Shown: positions 12,039 to 25,837 of the stretch, one piece after another
Numbering within the stretch: the first letter of the stretch is position 1
How the letters are laid out: each line of letters begins with the position of its first letter
DNA from: Marsupella aquatica
Taxonomy: Eukaryota > Plantae > Marchantiophyta
Length of the DNA stretch: 64,000 bases
Reading direction: 5' to 3'
Assembly (NCBI GenBank): GCA_973895155.1
Contig: OZ316891.1
Location: 8,247,875 to 8,311,874, forward strand
Position numbers and translations under genes: made by a program
The notes under the pieces: generated by a model
The model's database searches: none
What the model saw: only the letters and a program-made list of their open reading frames with translations
Told to the model about the DNA's origin: nothing

Positions 12039-14077
12039 TCAATCCCTGACAAGACGGCTTAAAGATTGTATAAGCTGGCGGAGATTTTTCTTGGTATTTG
12101 CATCTCCAGTGAGTCCGCTCACATCCTGGCTGATACTCTGCAGAAGAAAATGCCAGCCGGAAGTTTAGAATCGGAGCTTGCATATTTGTTAATAATCTGT
12201 TTTTTCAACTAGATAGGTAGATAGATAGGAGACTCGCCAACTCTCCATGACTGCCTGCAAGGGTTCGATGACAGATGCTCTTGTAGTTTGAACTAAAATT
12301 GCAGAAGCAGTTCAGAATTCTACAGCCCCATCACGAGAGTCTCACCTCAATGTGATCCAGAGTTTTGGTCAGTGTAACAACAGACTGCCGCAGCAGTTCA
12401 GTGTTCTCTGTCGTCAAGACTGATTTGTTCAATATTCTGCAAACGGCCCAAGATTTTTAGCACTAAACACAGGATACGTTGAATGTATCTCAAAAACAAC
12501 ATCTGATGGTAGGAGGCAATCTGTGAACAGAATCGGCTGTAGAACCTACCTCAGATCATGTCCTGCTTCTGTCACAACCTTGGTCAATTTTTCCAAATCT
12601 TTCAAGAGAAAACCATCCCTCATTTCTTTCAAGAGAGGTTCGATGTCACCAGCTAAAATTTCAACCTGCGAATCCGGTTGGAATGAAATGACCAGATTTA
12701 TTTAGGGAAATGCAAGAGCACGTTAGACGCACGAATTGTTCGAAGAGACAGGGAATTTAAAACCTTAACACAAAATGAACCTGCGTGAGGGTGAACAACT
12801 GGTGGGTCTTGTCTAACCCAATGTTGGAGCAAACATGTAAAACCAAGATTCAGATATACCTTTGCAAGAAGGGGCTTTGCTTCATCAATTGCAGCCGTCA
12901 CCCGCTCTGCCATGTCATACATATTCCCCATTCCAAGATCATCCATCTGCCTGGCGAGTTTCGTGCAGATCCCAACCAGCTCATCCATACTCACACCCTG
13001 CACTCCCTTAATTCTCTCTTTGTCACACACAATGAGCCCTTCCTCACTGCACCCGGTATCCAGTGGCCCAACCGTAGGCTGAGGGAGGGGCTCTCTGGGT
13101 GTGATATCAATTATGGTTTCACTGATAAGCCCAGATTGGTTATTTTCCACGAGGGCATTCCTCGGAATCACAATGCCTTGATCCACAAGATTCACCACAA
13201 CGTCTATTCTCTCCAGGCTTGGCCTCATCCCCACCACAGTGCCTACATCCACTCCCCTAATCCGAACAGGTGTCCCAACCGTAATACCTTGCGCCCTGGC
13301 GAATTCAATGACTGCCCCATACTTCCGAGACCTAGACCGAATCTGTACTCCTTTCACCCAAATCAGACTGATGGCGAGCAGCACAGCCCCGGACAGTACA
13401 AATAGTCCAACACCTCCTTCCCAAACGCTCACCTTACCAAACCCAAAATTGCTGAGAGGGAGAACTAGTTGTCGCCAAATCGAACGGGGAAGGCTTATGA
13501 TGGCTCCAAGAACTCCAGGTTCGTCCTTTCTAGGGGTGGTAGTGGTAGCGGTAGTGGCACTGGTGGCATTGGTGGCAGACGATGATGATGATGATGATGC
13601 AGAAGCAGAAGCAGGGGAGGTGGGCTGAGAGGAGGAAGCGTCGCTTGAGGCATTTGTTCTATGTGGTTGGCCACTGCACGGTCCTTCCCCTGTACCACCA
13701 CTTGATAAGCCATGCACCAGCTTCAAACTAAGAATGCCACTAAACCGAGAGGAGGAGCAATCTCCACCGCCGCGGCCATGGCGTAAAAGCCTCGTCTTCT
13801 TCTTGCTACCGGTAGCAACTTTCTCGTTCCTGGCACAAGCCAAGTGTTGTAATGTCCGACTCCCGGGGAAGGTCCTTGTGCTGCTCCTCTCGCTTATGCA
13901 CCTGCTGCTTCCCGTGAGCCAATCTTCAGAGGACAAGAGGGCGCTTGATGGCCGACAGACACACCAACGGCTTGAAGGCATCAGCGCTCCTGTTGCTCGA
14001 CCCCTACTCGTGACAACACCTTGCATGTTGCCCGAATGAGCCAGATCCCTGGCCATTGTTGCCCACCGAACCTCCAT
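12039..14077 (-). CDS. TGD2: TRIGALACTOSYLDIACYLGLYCEROL 2, chloroplast MCE/MlaD lipid-binding subunit; 4 exons, 507 aa
   Basis: Exons 14077-12860, 12665-12550, 12436-12346 and 12137-12039, all GT-AG and frame-consistent (1524 nt). Contains PLSNFGFGKVSVWEGGVGLF, the MCE motif GITVGTPVRIRGVDVG, and the C-terminus LRQLIQSLSRL. Long transit-peptide-like N-terminus. Confidence 0.95.
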
Positions 14078-17000
14078 AGCTCCTCCTCCACCACCACCTC
14101 CTGGTCTCGTCGCTTCAGCACAACAACCACCCACCCAGCAAACCCTGCGTTCTTAATTTCTGCTCTGTTCGGCCATGATTGTAATCCTCTGATTGGAAAA
14201 AACAGCAAGCCAGCAAGAGACGAATCCCAGAATCAGCCGGGAAATAAAAATCTAGGAAAGCAGATTACGCTCATCACCAGATGGAAAGCAAAAACAACAT
14301 AGCTGCCCAAATCAAGTGGCATCCCGAAGCAGATTTGGGATGCCGGTCCAAGTCTCGGATGAAAGCCCACCTTGGAATCAATCAGTCAATCAAGACACCC
14401 TTACAAGCTCTCGCTGCCCAATGTGGGCTCTCACTGCTTGTTGCAGGCATGCTTGGGGAGAGGGGAAGAGCAAACCCATGCGAGTCAATGTGGTGGTGCA
14501 TGTAATAGAGGATAATTTGAAGTGCTGACTCGCCACCGACGCTTGTGGAGTGAGTGAGGTACTTTTATAGAGAGACAAAGAGGGGGCGAATGATGGGAAG
14601 GACGGGTACGAAAACTGTCACTGCATCGAGAAGTCCCAGAGGACAGGAATGTCCCATATAAATATACCTTAGGGACGACCAGGTTTGCTCCAAAAATAAA
14701 TGATTAGTTATTGAAAAATTCAGCCCCTTGGACAGAATTTTAGGTGATAGACCTTTCCATAAATCCAGAGTGCTGAATAATTAGTACTTCGTTTGGAAGA
14801 AGTTTTTGGAATCGATTTAGTTGGCAAACCAATTCTGTGTTTTCATTTCAGAATTTTTTTGATGTTGGATTGTTTCCATTTGTGCAACTTGTATAAGAAA
14901 AGAGGTACAGGTATTTTAAAGCAATTTATGGATAACTTTTAATTTTGATTTTTTTTTGCAAAGTTGCATGGAAAACTTCATGACATATGTGGATAGGTAT
15001 AACAATTATGAAACTTGAAAAAATATATACACTGCATGTTTTACTAGTATTCCAAGCATATCTAATATTCCAAAGAATTTTGATATAAAGCACGATATTT
15101 CAGTGCATATATTATATTTAAAGTACCAAAATTAATTCATGGACCCCCTGCTAATGTTGCTTTAATGCTTGTGAGGACTACATGTTCTTTTCTTTTTGTT
15201 ACTAACTTTTGAGTTTTAAAAAACAATGCATAGAATGCAAAGTCAGTGTTTTATAGCAAAATGTCCTGAACATTCTTAAATTTGCCAATCACTTCAACTC
15301 TACCAAGTCAGGCCTAAGAACAGGTAGCAATTCTCTATTGAAGATTTGTTTTTGAGGACTGGAAGTGGGATACAGGGATACCCCTCAGTTGTAAAAATGG
15401 TCCCAAATGTGGATGTTGATATTTGTCAATTATAGCTTTGTTATAGAAAGGGAGTGGTAGACCCCAACTGCCAGATTCTGCGATAGTGCCATCCCAGTTA
15501 GCAAAAGTCCTGGGTAAAACACTTCTGATTCATTCATTCATTCATTATGTAATTCTAGGCCCAGATATCACTCACTTGTATTGTCATGTTGCAGGGAATT
15601 TGGCCGACAGGTGTATTTGGAGGCTTCACAAGTACCCTAAGTGAATAAATAAATAAATAAATAAAATATTTGCAGGGTACCCTAAATAGTCTGCAGGAAA
15701 CCTAAAATTATCATAAGCCTTTTAGTCTCGAGCCACATGGAAGATTTATTTCACGAGAGGGCAGGAAAGTTAGGCCAAACTATCATGGGTATAGAGAGAA
15801 TCGTGTATATTGTGTACCAACTAAAGCCCTCAAAATTGATTGGAGCCCAATGTTCATCACATGTCTGAATTGGCCAGGCCATCAACCCCTCCTGACCATC
15901 AAGCACACGGTATGACAATCCCTACAACAAGTGTAAATTTTAACAAGTTAAATCAATTACGAACAATTTGGGGCCATTCCTTCTCAGTGCCCCTTAACCA
16001 GGTTTGATTGGAAACTCTGGTGACATGATTGAGATATCTCTTCTCTCTCAAAGCTGACAGCTCCAATGCAAATGGAACTGCACATAGAAGGCAGTGCTCT
16101 GTCTAGACTAGGTCACATGGTACCTTGATAAACCTTCCATCTGCGAGTTGGAGCCGTGTTAGATCATCTGATTCCCTGGGCTTGCCTGCAGCTCAGGCCA
16201 GGCTCGCAACAACAGGGATTTCTATTGAAATTGTAAGCGGAAGGCTTCTTTATCTGAAACAGATTTCTGTTTGGACGAGGGCGTTATGATCAACAATTGA
16301 GATTGTGTTGGAGTTCATCATCATTCCAACACAAGGCCCCTGCGCTCTTATACAAAGGGCCTTGTATTCGAAATAAACGAGTTTTTTGTCAGGACATCCA
16401 CTTTCTGGATTTTCGTTAAGGGGAAGACCCTAGTATATGGTGGCTGCTATAACCCCCTTGACATCTACCTCCAGACTCCTATCACATGAAACTACACCAC
16501 ATGTGTTCACCTTAACCATTTCTTCCAAGGTCTTCTTCACTACGTCTGCTCTAATGAAGATCAATAATGCAGGCAGGACGCAGTGCACACATCAGATTCA
16601 CAATCCAATCTTTTTATGAGGGATTCTGCAGAATGAGGTGGACCAAAGCGAGCTATGCTCTCAAATGATTCAAATGCCCACCCCTATGGCAGGAAACAAT
16701 TTGTTTGGCCACAGAGTTGTTGCTATATCCTGCTTCAGAAGCTCCCTGAGACTACGGCATCGACTGATAGGCGTCCGTCCTTAAGCATTGAACTTCTGGT
16801 TTGCCTACGATCTGTTGAGCGTAACTAATTTTCAAGAGCACTTCTACCAAGATTCTGCCGCTCGTCCGATGGCAGAGCATGTAGTCAACAGCCTTGTGAC
16901 CAATTTCCATCAAATGCCTACGTCAATAACTGCCCTTGTACTCATTGAAAGAACTCCAATTTCTTCCTGAGGATTATATACTTGATGCAGTTTCGAAGGT

Positions 17001-17591
17001 TGCTTTCTTGTCCCCGACAGAGTAACTGTCTTACGTTTCGCATTTCTTGACCCAGATAGACTACACTACTCCTTTCAGTAGCCTCTCTGAAAGTTTTGAG
17101 CCGCGTAAGAGGATGAATAGTACTCTGTACGGACGTTGAATCATGGCATTCCCACAATGGACCCCGGACACTGGCATCGTCGGAAGAATATCACACTTCC
17201 AGCAAAGAAGACTTCACATATCGTGCCTTGACGGGCTTAGAGAATTATCATTGACCTTCCAGACAGGACACGCCTCAATTGCAGGTTACAACAATTATTT
17301 CGCTAATGAAGAGGCAACTCATTTCTATAGCGAGACTACTGTCCCACTCAAGTCACCGTAAGAAAAACTCTCAAGAAACCAATAGCTCCTACTGTATTCC
17401 ACGTTCTGTTTCCTCCATCTAATCCTCACATATCTGCGCCTTATCAATCAAAGTTGTAACAGATCCACCAACCATTGATTAAAAAAATGACCGACTCATC
17501 TGATCTCGTTTTGGACAAAAACCCCACTATGAGATGTCACCACAATTGTGGGGGTTGCGGAGGTGGGGTGGTATGAATACAAACTTAAAGA

Positions 17592-19882
17592 TTACATAAA
17601 ATCATACTCATCTGCGTCATCATAAGCCCCGGTAGAAAAGCCATCGTCATCTGCCTTATCCACATGCAACTGCTTTTTCTTGGTACCTACAATTCCAACC
17701 ACATAAATGTCAGCGAGCCCCACTATCCTGTCTAGCTGCAACTTTAGAAAGCCTACAAAACCTTGAGGTGGCCGAAGCATTCAGACACGTAGCTTTCTAC
17801 TATTGGTGGTTGCTCAAAATTTGAGAGAAAAGTTTGTCCAACGGAGAATTGGCTGAATTTTATCGCAGTGTCTTAATGCCACCCTCTCGCCCATTTCTCT
17901 TTTTGTAACAAACATTGACAGCTAGAATTTGGCAACATATTCATAAAATAATCCTGTGTAACTGCACAGTGGCTCCGTCAAACTTGACTAGGTATACGCC
18001 CTTCTTCAACTGAGGCAGAATAGAAAGAAAATGTTGAGCATGCGTACCTGTCTTCTTTTTCCCTGCATTTGCTTCTTTTTCTTGTTTCAGTTTTTCATTC
18101 GCAGTCACAGTCATACTGGCTGCTATGTCCTTTGCATCCGCGGCTTTCAACGAAGTAGAAGCATGCTTAAGAACAGCCTTTAAAAGTGTCAAATAATGAA
18201 AACTCTTCTGCACAAACAATACGTCATGCAATTGGCACCATTAGAAGTAGCAAGCAATAAACCTTGATTAACTCAATCCCTGTGCAAAGATATGAAACAT
18301 GAACTACCGCACAATTTTCATAACCATCTGGAATTTTTCTTTAATAGAGACGGCGAAGTGGAGAAAAATACTTTACCTCAAACGGTCTCAGTTTTTGGGC
18401 AATCAACTCCGCATATTCTAGAAAATCTTCTTCAGATTTTGGTATGAAGTTCTCAAGAGTTGCGTCTGGATTTTTAGATGCAAACAATTCTGCCGTGGAT
18501 CGATAATCTGCTTCCTCAATTAGTCTGAGAGAGAAAAACAATGCACCCGGAATCAAACACTCACGTAAGAATTTTTTGCATACCCCGAAGTGATGTTACA
18601 TATGCGAAAGTGTCTTGCATCCATAGGTAAACCACAAAAGTGTATACCTTTGCTGACGAAGCTTCTCAGCGAGAGGATCTGATAATTTGTCATCCTGGCT
18701 AGCTGGTTTCTTTCCCTTTTCCAATTTCTTCTTCTCTGCCTTGGGCTTTGGTGCCTGCAGCCCATCAACGAGTGACTTCTCGTCCAGGATTAGGCTACAA
18801 AGTTAAGAAAAGGCTAATCCCATTCTCCACCTCTTTAGTTGCTCAACCCAATATGATTGAGATTGAACATATCATTTTGTTTACCAGAAAGACAGGATTC
18901 GTTCTGACATTTTGAGAAACTTATACGGTTCTATTTTGAACTCTGGTCTCTATGTACGAAACTAACTTAATGAAGCGCAACTGTAATGTCAGGGAGTACC
19001 CGTCGCTACTTTCAGACAAGACAACGACATTCTGGCAGAATACGAAGGAAGATTTCTAGGTTTCGTGTCTAATAGAGTGACAGGTGACTTAACCCTAATC
19101 AATTACAATGGCAAACGCATTAAGCTTCCGACGTAACCTCTAAGCTATCTCTCCCTGTGGTCTTTTCAAGCTCCGAACTATGAATGACAGGTCGGGTTAC
19201 TTCGGACTAAGGTATTCCTTAAGAGAGCATTTTCAAAGGAATGGTGCAGGACGAACGTACAGGAGCTGCCTTGTCTTCATCCTCCCAAGACTGCTTCACT
19301 TCCTCTACTTCACCTTGGTCTTCATCTTCCCAAGGGTTCTTGGGCTGTTCCCGTGCAATAACGGGAGGTGCTGGCACGAAGTCCTCCGCTTCTGCAACCC
19401 CAGAGTTTAAAAGCCAGCGATTTAGACACCATCACGACCCTCATGCTTTCGAAAGCTCATCGACACTCACTCCTGGGAAAGAATTTGGGATTTAAAATGA
19501 ACAATCTTAAGGACACTCTGGATTAAAAGACTGGATGCGAAGGGCTACTGAAAGCTAGCAGAAGTACAACCGAATGATCCACGTAGTAATCAAGCACAGA
19601 ACAGTCCCACAGCAGGAAGTGTAACACATGGGCAACTACCCTTCCCTAGCCGATGCTGCGCCAGCGGCTAGGGATTCGCACACAAGCCGTCATGATGGCG
19701 ATAGAACAGCGAGGACAGAAGCATGCAGACGTTTTTGAAAGTGAATGAAAACTGGGTCAAAAGGTTCCATAGAGGCGGAAGACGTGATCTTGCTGTCCAG
19801 CAGAGAAAAACGAATCAGAAAGGAAACGAAGAAGGGAAAGCTAATAAGGGCAACAGTGAGACGAAATACCCCAGTCGTCCAT
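17592..19882 (-). CDS. eIF3j: Eukaryotic translation initiation factor 3 subunit J; 6 exons, 217 aa
   Basis: Exons 19882-19870 (MDDW), 19391-19261, 18754-18648, 18524-18377, 18207-18048 and 17686-17592, total 654 nt. Contains WEDED repeats, DPLAEKLRQQRLIEEAD, and the C-terminal YDFM. Confidence 0.95.
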
Positions 19883-20736
19883 GATACTTGAATCCCGAGC
19901 GAAGTGAGGGCTCTCCCTCAGAAAATTGTTGTCCGTCCGTCCGTTGTCCGCAGAGGGAGAAATCGCAGAGGACAGGAGAAGACAGCAGAAGACAGCAGAA
20001 GAAGAAACCTTGCAAGATTCTTAAGTTTTTTCAGTCGCAAGTAAGACCATGACACCCGGGAGTCCGATTGCCGCAGAGACGTTCAAGTCAACTGCAGAAG
20101 CCACCATCAATGCACAAATTTTTAGTCCTTCCGCCAAATTCATTCAACGATCACTGAATGCTCGAAAAGCCCCGAGCACAGCACAGACAGAGGAGTCTTT
20201 CTAAAGCTCTAAGGTTTCTGCCTTCAGCTTCGACAAAATGCTCAAACCAAACAAATGCGGCAGCGAACAAAACCGGGAACGAGTCTTATTCCAAGAGCTA
20301 AGATTTCTTCGCGGGAGCTCGAGAAAATACTTCGACCTAGTTGCGAGCGAACCTCTTGAACTCCTTTACCGAGCTTCAATTAACAGACAGCTAAGATTGC
20401 TGGAAGAATAGAGCTTTGGCAAAATGCCTTCAAACCTACGCTAGTGAGTTGCGAACTAATTGACGAATCGGAGCAGCGAGAGCTCCAAAAGACTGATGAG
20501 GGGGCTGGCAACGAGAGCACCGACGCCACTGCACATATGCCCTGACTGAACTGCACTTCCGGCTAATTGCGACTGGAGCTTCACTGAGGTATTCGACGAT
20601 GCGCCCGAGCTCTGCTTCTCTCTGTCTCTCTCTCTCTCTGCTGCGGTCGCCTTGTTGGTTGGTCGGAACTCTATCGAGCTTTGTCGGGTGGTCTGATAAC
20701 TACGTGCATAGGTTCTCCACTTTGTCGCCCTTTTTT

Positions 20737-20872
20737 CTCCCTTGAACCTATGTTTTTTTTTTCACCCTTGAACCTACGTTTTTTTATTCTCCCTTGAACC
20801 TATGTTTTTTTTATTCACCTTTGAACATATGTTCTTTTCATTCTCCCTTGAACCTATGTATTTTTTATTCGC
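20737..20872. repeat. Tandem repeat of about 27 bp, 5 copies (ctcccttgaacctatgtttttttatt)
   Basis: Directly visible. Abuts the left end of the TIR element. Confidence 0.9.
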
Positions 20873-20880
20873 CTTTTAAG

Positions 20881-21759
20881 TACTTTGTCACTAAAGATAT
20901 TCCAATTGACAATACTACAATTATTATTTTTATTTATAAAAGTGTCACTATTTTGTATATGGATGATTATTTTACCAAGGTAACCAGAGGAACTATATAC
21001 CACTGCTTTTTTGTAAATTTAAAAAAAAAAACTTTTTGTGAATTCAAACAATTTTAGTGGTAATGTACTTAAAAACTGTTTTTTATATTTCATTTCAACT
21101 TTCAATTATTTTTCCACTAAAGGTGTTAGAAAATGATGGTCCCATGGACCCCAAACTTTGGTCTTTGAAACCCCCATGGATCACATTACCTTTGATGTTT
21201 ATAAATTCAAATATTTTTTTAGTTCTGAGGATGTGCTAGAGGAGTGATTTTTTGGCCATTTTGGTTGAATTATTCATCATGGAATGTGGAGGGGTAAATT
21301 CTAATAGATTGTTTTTCATTGCACTAGTATGAAATATTAGGGGCTTGTGGTATTTTTTGCCTCCTCCTTCTCTAGTTGCCTTGAGGTGAAAAACTACAAA
21401 TTATTTTAAAACTCATAATCATCAAATTATAAGCCCAAAACTCCCATGGACCACCAAAATGTGGTCCACGGAAGCATTGTGTCCAAGTGGTGTCCCATTT
21501 GAGCTTCACTTTCAAAGATATTATGTTCAAATTCATTGATAATACTATTTTGCCACTAAAGATATGTTCAAATTGATAATACTGCCATGTTATGTTGAAA
21601 TTGATAATACTGCCATGGTTTTATTTGTATTTATAGTTACATCATGGTTTTGTATAAACAAAGTAACAAAGGTGTGAATATATGAAAATCATAGCATATT
21701 TATAAATACAATAAAAAAGTAATATTATTGTAAATTAGAACATCTTTAGTCCCAATGTA
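20881..21759. mobile_element. Non-autonomous AT-rich TIR element (MITE/Mutator-like)
   Basis: The left end tactttgtcactaaagatattccaattgacaatact...tatttata is an imperfect reverse complement of the right end tataaatac...aattagaacatctttagtcccaatgta. There is an extra internal end copy near 21548 and a dispersed copy at about 47480-47600. No ORF. Confidence 0.6.
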
Positions 21760-22656
21760 GTTAAAAGTGGAATAAAAATTCTATTCCACTTTTAACTATC
21801 CTTTCCCCACACCATGTAAATAGTACATCAGAGTGCCAAAGGTCAAAAAGTGCGTACCGGTCCCAAAGGCAAAGTAACCCAGTAAAGGGAAGGAGAAGGC
21901 CCCAAGAAGACCTGCCATAGAGAGAGGTAGGGTCCCAAAGGCAAAGCAACCCAAAAAGGGAAGGAGAGGGCCCCAAGATGACCACATAGGTTCAACAAGC
22001 TAAGGAGTCCCCCACAACCTCAAATTGTGGAGACTAGCCTCAGCTGATTACTGTTCCTTGAATGTAAGTAGAGATGGGAAAAAAACCCTTGCAAAAAAAG
22101 GATTCCATGCTCTTAGGTCATCTTTGCCCCATCCCTTTTTTCTGTTTATCATCCCTGTTTTTCTGTCTGCACCCTCACTCCCCCATCCCTGTTTTTTATT
22201 TGCACCCTCAATTTCAATTATGCCCTTAGTTAGATTCAGTGTCTAGACATCTCATCTTTAGGTGTGTGATCTCAGCTTTAGAAACTTTCATCTTTGTGAT
22301 CTTTGGAATAATCAGTAGTTTCATGCATGAGCAAGTTAGAAACTATCCAAGCAACATACAAGAATTTGTTTTGGTCCATTTTGTTTCTTTTGTCTAAGCA
22401 AGTGTGCCTTATGTGTGATATGAAACCATCTACAACTATAATAAGGTATCCCGCCTTTTTTCATCCTTTGTCCCAATACAAAAAAGTTCCTGGGTGGGAC
22501 AGATCCACAGCCGTTGGATTTGATTAGCTATTTTCCCTGACCATTGATGAAGGAAATGTGCACCCCGACACATATGCGCTGCCCCATAAATACCCCGGCC
22601 CGACTCCCTATGGACTGGCCCTCCTTGCACCGTGCAAGGCACGGGCATAGGGCTCG

Positions 22657-23700
22657 TGTGAGTATATGTTAGGATTTACTCTTAGGTCTAGAATTACGAC
22701 TGCACCGTAGTTAAGGCTAACCTTAGTCGCAGACTTGGTTAGGTTAGTCATTTTGTGCACACTCTATAACCAAGCGGTGTTTGCTTGGAGAGTGGGAACT
22801 CAGGCTCATTGTTACGGAGCTAGTTGAGAGATAGAGAGAGCTTGCGCTATGGATGCTTGGTATGGTCGGTCGGCCTAGAGTGTAGTAAAGCTCGTGTGTG
22901 TTCCCGTGGATGTAGCCTCATGTGGAGGTGAACCACGTATCTCTCTATGTCGACTCTTGTGCGTTGGATGGTTGATGGGCTTGCTGTTGCGATTGTCGTC
23001 TATGCTCAACAATTGGTATTAGAGCATGCCTGGGAGGTGACAAGGTTTTTTCATGACGGTTTTCCAACGTTCATTGTCGGTGATGCATTTGGAGTTTTGT
23101 CGCATGAAACTCGAATATGTGTGACTGAGCGGATAGATTAGTGAGAGGGCTTTCTATTGGTGTATAGAACTCACTGGTTGGTGTCCGTTGTGTGGAGGAA
23201 TCGGAGCTTGCGTCATTCAAGATTTATTCGTGTTCAACGGTGTTTCGGGGGAGAGACCAGAGCTCATGTTTTTCAATGGTGTGAGTTCTGCTGTGCGGGA
23301 GGCGTCGCATGTTATAGCTCAAGTTGGAGGTTGTGGCGAGCTGATTGTTTTGGTAGCTGAGTTGCTGCCGAGTGGTTACCGAATGCATCGTGACGTGTAA
23401 AGGAGGCGTTCAGATTTTTTCACAGGCTATGGAGCTTGTTCCCATCTGAACCGGGTTTCTCATTGTGGCGTCCGACTCCAAGGAAGAAACGCGAAGTGCT
23501 ATGGCTCAACGGTTTGATTGCGGCGAGGCGGTCATTTTGAGTCTGAGATTGGCACTTGACGCGGAGTGAAGGCGACGTGACAAAAAGTTGTTTCTCTGTT
23601 GGAGCTGCAGACTTAGCCGGTGAAATTTGGCAACTTCTCTCGTCGGTGGTAGTCACTTTTCTATCGTGTAATCGTGAGCGGCAAGGTGTGTAACTAGCGT
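22657..23700 (+). mobile_element. Truncated copy of the same Copia family: LTR (about 22657-23011), PBS (23014-23025) and about 0.7 kb of leader, with no coding region
   Basis: Reverse-complement homology to about 3060-3962. The junction reads ...tatgctCAACA at TGGTATTAGAGC. Confidence 0.92.
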
Positions 23701-24759
23701 TTTTCCTTTAAAAATGGCTTTTTCTGGGTTACTTTAGGTCAATTTATAGTTTGCAAGTTCAAAACAATCCGCCAATGGCAAAATTTATATCTGAAACCCC
23801 CCTCAACCCTAACTTGTGGACCCCTACCACCCTCCACCTAGGGTATGGGTCTCCTTCTGTCTCAAATTAAAGGTGACCAGGAGGAGGACTGGTTGGGAAG
23901 GGATGACAAGATACTCACCCCCAAGGTGAAGAGCACTAGCAAGAAGGACCACTTAGGGTTGAGCGGTGCTAATTTCATCATTTTTGTATATCATGGTTGA
24001 GTGGCAATGTCATCATTTAACCCTAAGTGGTCCATCCATCCAAGATTTAATGCACTCTAGACCATCTGACTAGCTAATTGCAATGTGAGTCTATTATTCA
24101 TGGCCTACAGTCTGGAGTGAAGAGTCTAGACCAGGCATGACTCCGAGAAGTTGGGGGTGCGGGTGGAAATTGGGATTGAGGGCAAGATGTCTCAAAAACT
24201 TGTGGAGCGTGAGGAGTCACTTAGAAACCAATTGAACTTGAATAGGAGAATGGGCAAAAGGCTTGAATGTCCTCATGGGGATTTATGTTTTTAACCAATT
24301 GAACTCAAAAGGTGAATGGGCAATGGACTTGAATGTACTCACCCTTATTTACGGTCTTTATCCAATGGAACACAGACCTGGACACAGATAACGGACTTGA
24401 ATGTCCCCACCCTTATTTCCTGGCACTTGGCAACAGGCTTAAGTGTACTCACCTTGGCCAATTTAAGCTCTACCAGGCTCTACAGTTTGCAGATAGATAG
24501 AGTCCCATGGACTTTTTTTCTTTTCTTTTTTCTTTGTTGGTTTGTGGTGGCCTCCCCTTGATTGGGTCTTTTGCCAATTGGACCCTATCTCCCCTGTTTG
24601 GGAACGTCTTGTATTTTTGCAGTGTGCTATATATTCTTTTTTTCTTTCAGGTGGTTTGTGGTGGCCTCCCCTTGATTGGGTCTTTTGCCAGTTGGACCCT
24701 AAAGGTTGGAATTGACAACCTGTTTGCGCTCAACCCTGTTTATATATATAACGCTGCCA

Positions 24760-25170
24760 AAAAGACAGGAAAACCAAACATGGAGACATGATCCCAAATG
24801 CAAAAAACCCCATGAAAGAAAAGAAAACTACGGGAAAGATCTCAAGAAGACCAAAAAGGCCCAACAAACCAGACAGTGAGACCCCCACAACGACAAAAAA
24901 ATCCACCAAGAAAGGAACCGAAGATCTAAAACCCTACTGGGCGGATAAATGAAAAACCTGGTAGAGCTCCCGAACAAACCACATAGGAGGGTCACGGAGG
25001 GGAATTCCAATGAGCTGACAATCTGCTTGAATGTAGTCACCCATATCTAGGTTCAAAGAATGTGCAGCCAGGCTAATGGTCCTGTTAGCTTCTCTTTGCA
25101 AATATACTATTTGTTGTAACACACGTTTATTAGGGCATGAAAGCTTCAAAATTGCGGACGATGACATTAT
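24760..25170 (-). mobile_element. LINE-like 3' end fragment
   Basis: The ORF 24934..25167 C-terminus resembles the decayed copy at about 4800-5040, and is followed by a T-rich UTR-like tail. Confidence 0.45.
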
Positions 25171-25374
25171 GCCATAAAAGAATGGTCATAATTTTTTCAC
25201 AAGACTATGTAAAAGTTTTTTCCTTTTTTTCTTTCACCAGCCTCTACAGTTATTAATGATAATGGCCTGAGACCAATCCTTATGGCAAAAAGTTATGGAC
25301 TATGAATTTTGTAGTCCTTAATTGTTTTAATAGCCCATTAGTAGGAAGTTAAGGTCCATCAAATTGTACGCTTT

Positions 25375-25600
25375 GAGATGGCCCTATTGGGAAGCCATGC
25401 AGCTAAAATAGTCATTCTAGCTTCTCAAAGCCCTACTGGGAAGCAATGGGTGACTCGTGCAGCTAAAATAGTCCTTCTAGCTTCTCGAAGCCCTATTGGG
25501 AAGCCATGGGTGACTAGTGCAATCAGGCTAATAGTCTCGAAGTCCTATTGGAAGCCATGGGTGACTCCCAAGCTAATAGTCTTTCTAGAGTAGCTTCTCT
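25375..25600. repeat. Degenerate tandem repeat of about 50-57 bp (ccctattgggaagccatgggtgact...), about 4 copies
   Basis: Directly visible. Fragments recur at 27686-27770. Confidence 0.85.
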
Positions 25601-25643
25601 TGAAGACTATTATATTTTTTTGAAGCTGCTATATGGCGAACAC

Positions 25644-25837
25644 CTTCTACCCTATCTTGTCTTACTAGAAGAATAAGTTCTAAATTTTCTTTTAAATCTG
25701 GCCTAGTCTATCATCTCACTTTGTATTGGTTTGAATTTAGCTTCTACCCTATCTTGTCTTACTAGAAGAATAAGTTCTAAATTTTCTTTTAAATCTGGCC
25801 TAGTCTATCATCTCACTTTGTATTGGTTTGAATTTAG
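25644..25837. repeat. Perfect 97 bp tandem duplication
   Basis: cttctaccctatcttgtc...ggtttgaatttag starts at 25644 and again at 25741. Confidence 0.95.

Noticed and set aside
12698-14134. 478-aa single ORF taken as the whole TGD2 protein
   Set aside because: It starts at GTG and reads into intron 1. The real CDS starts at ATG 14077 and has four exons.
15850-16620. Possible LINE ORF1 remnant on the minus strand (and similarly 51230-51850)
   Set aside because: The resemblance is only vague and there are many stops, so it cannot be supported without a search.
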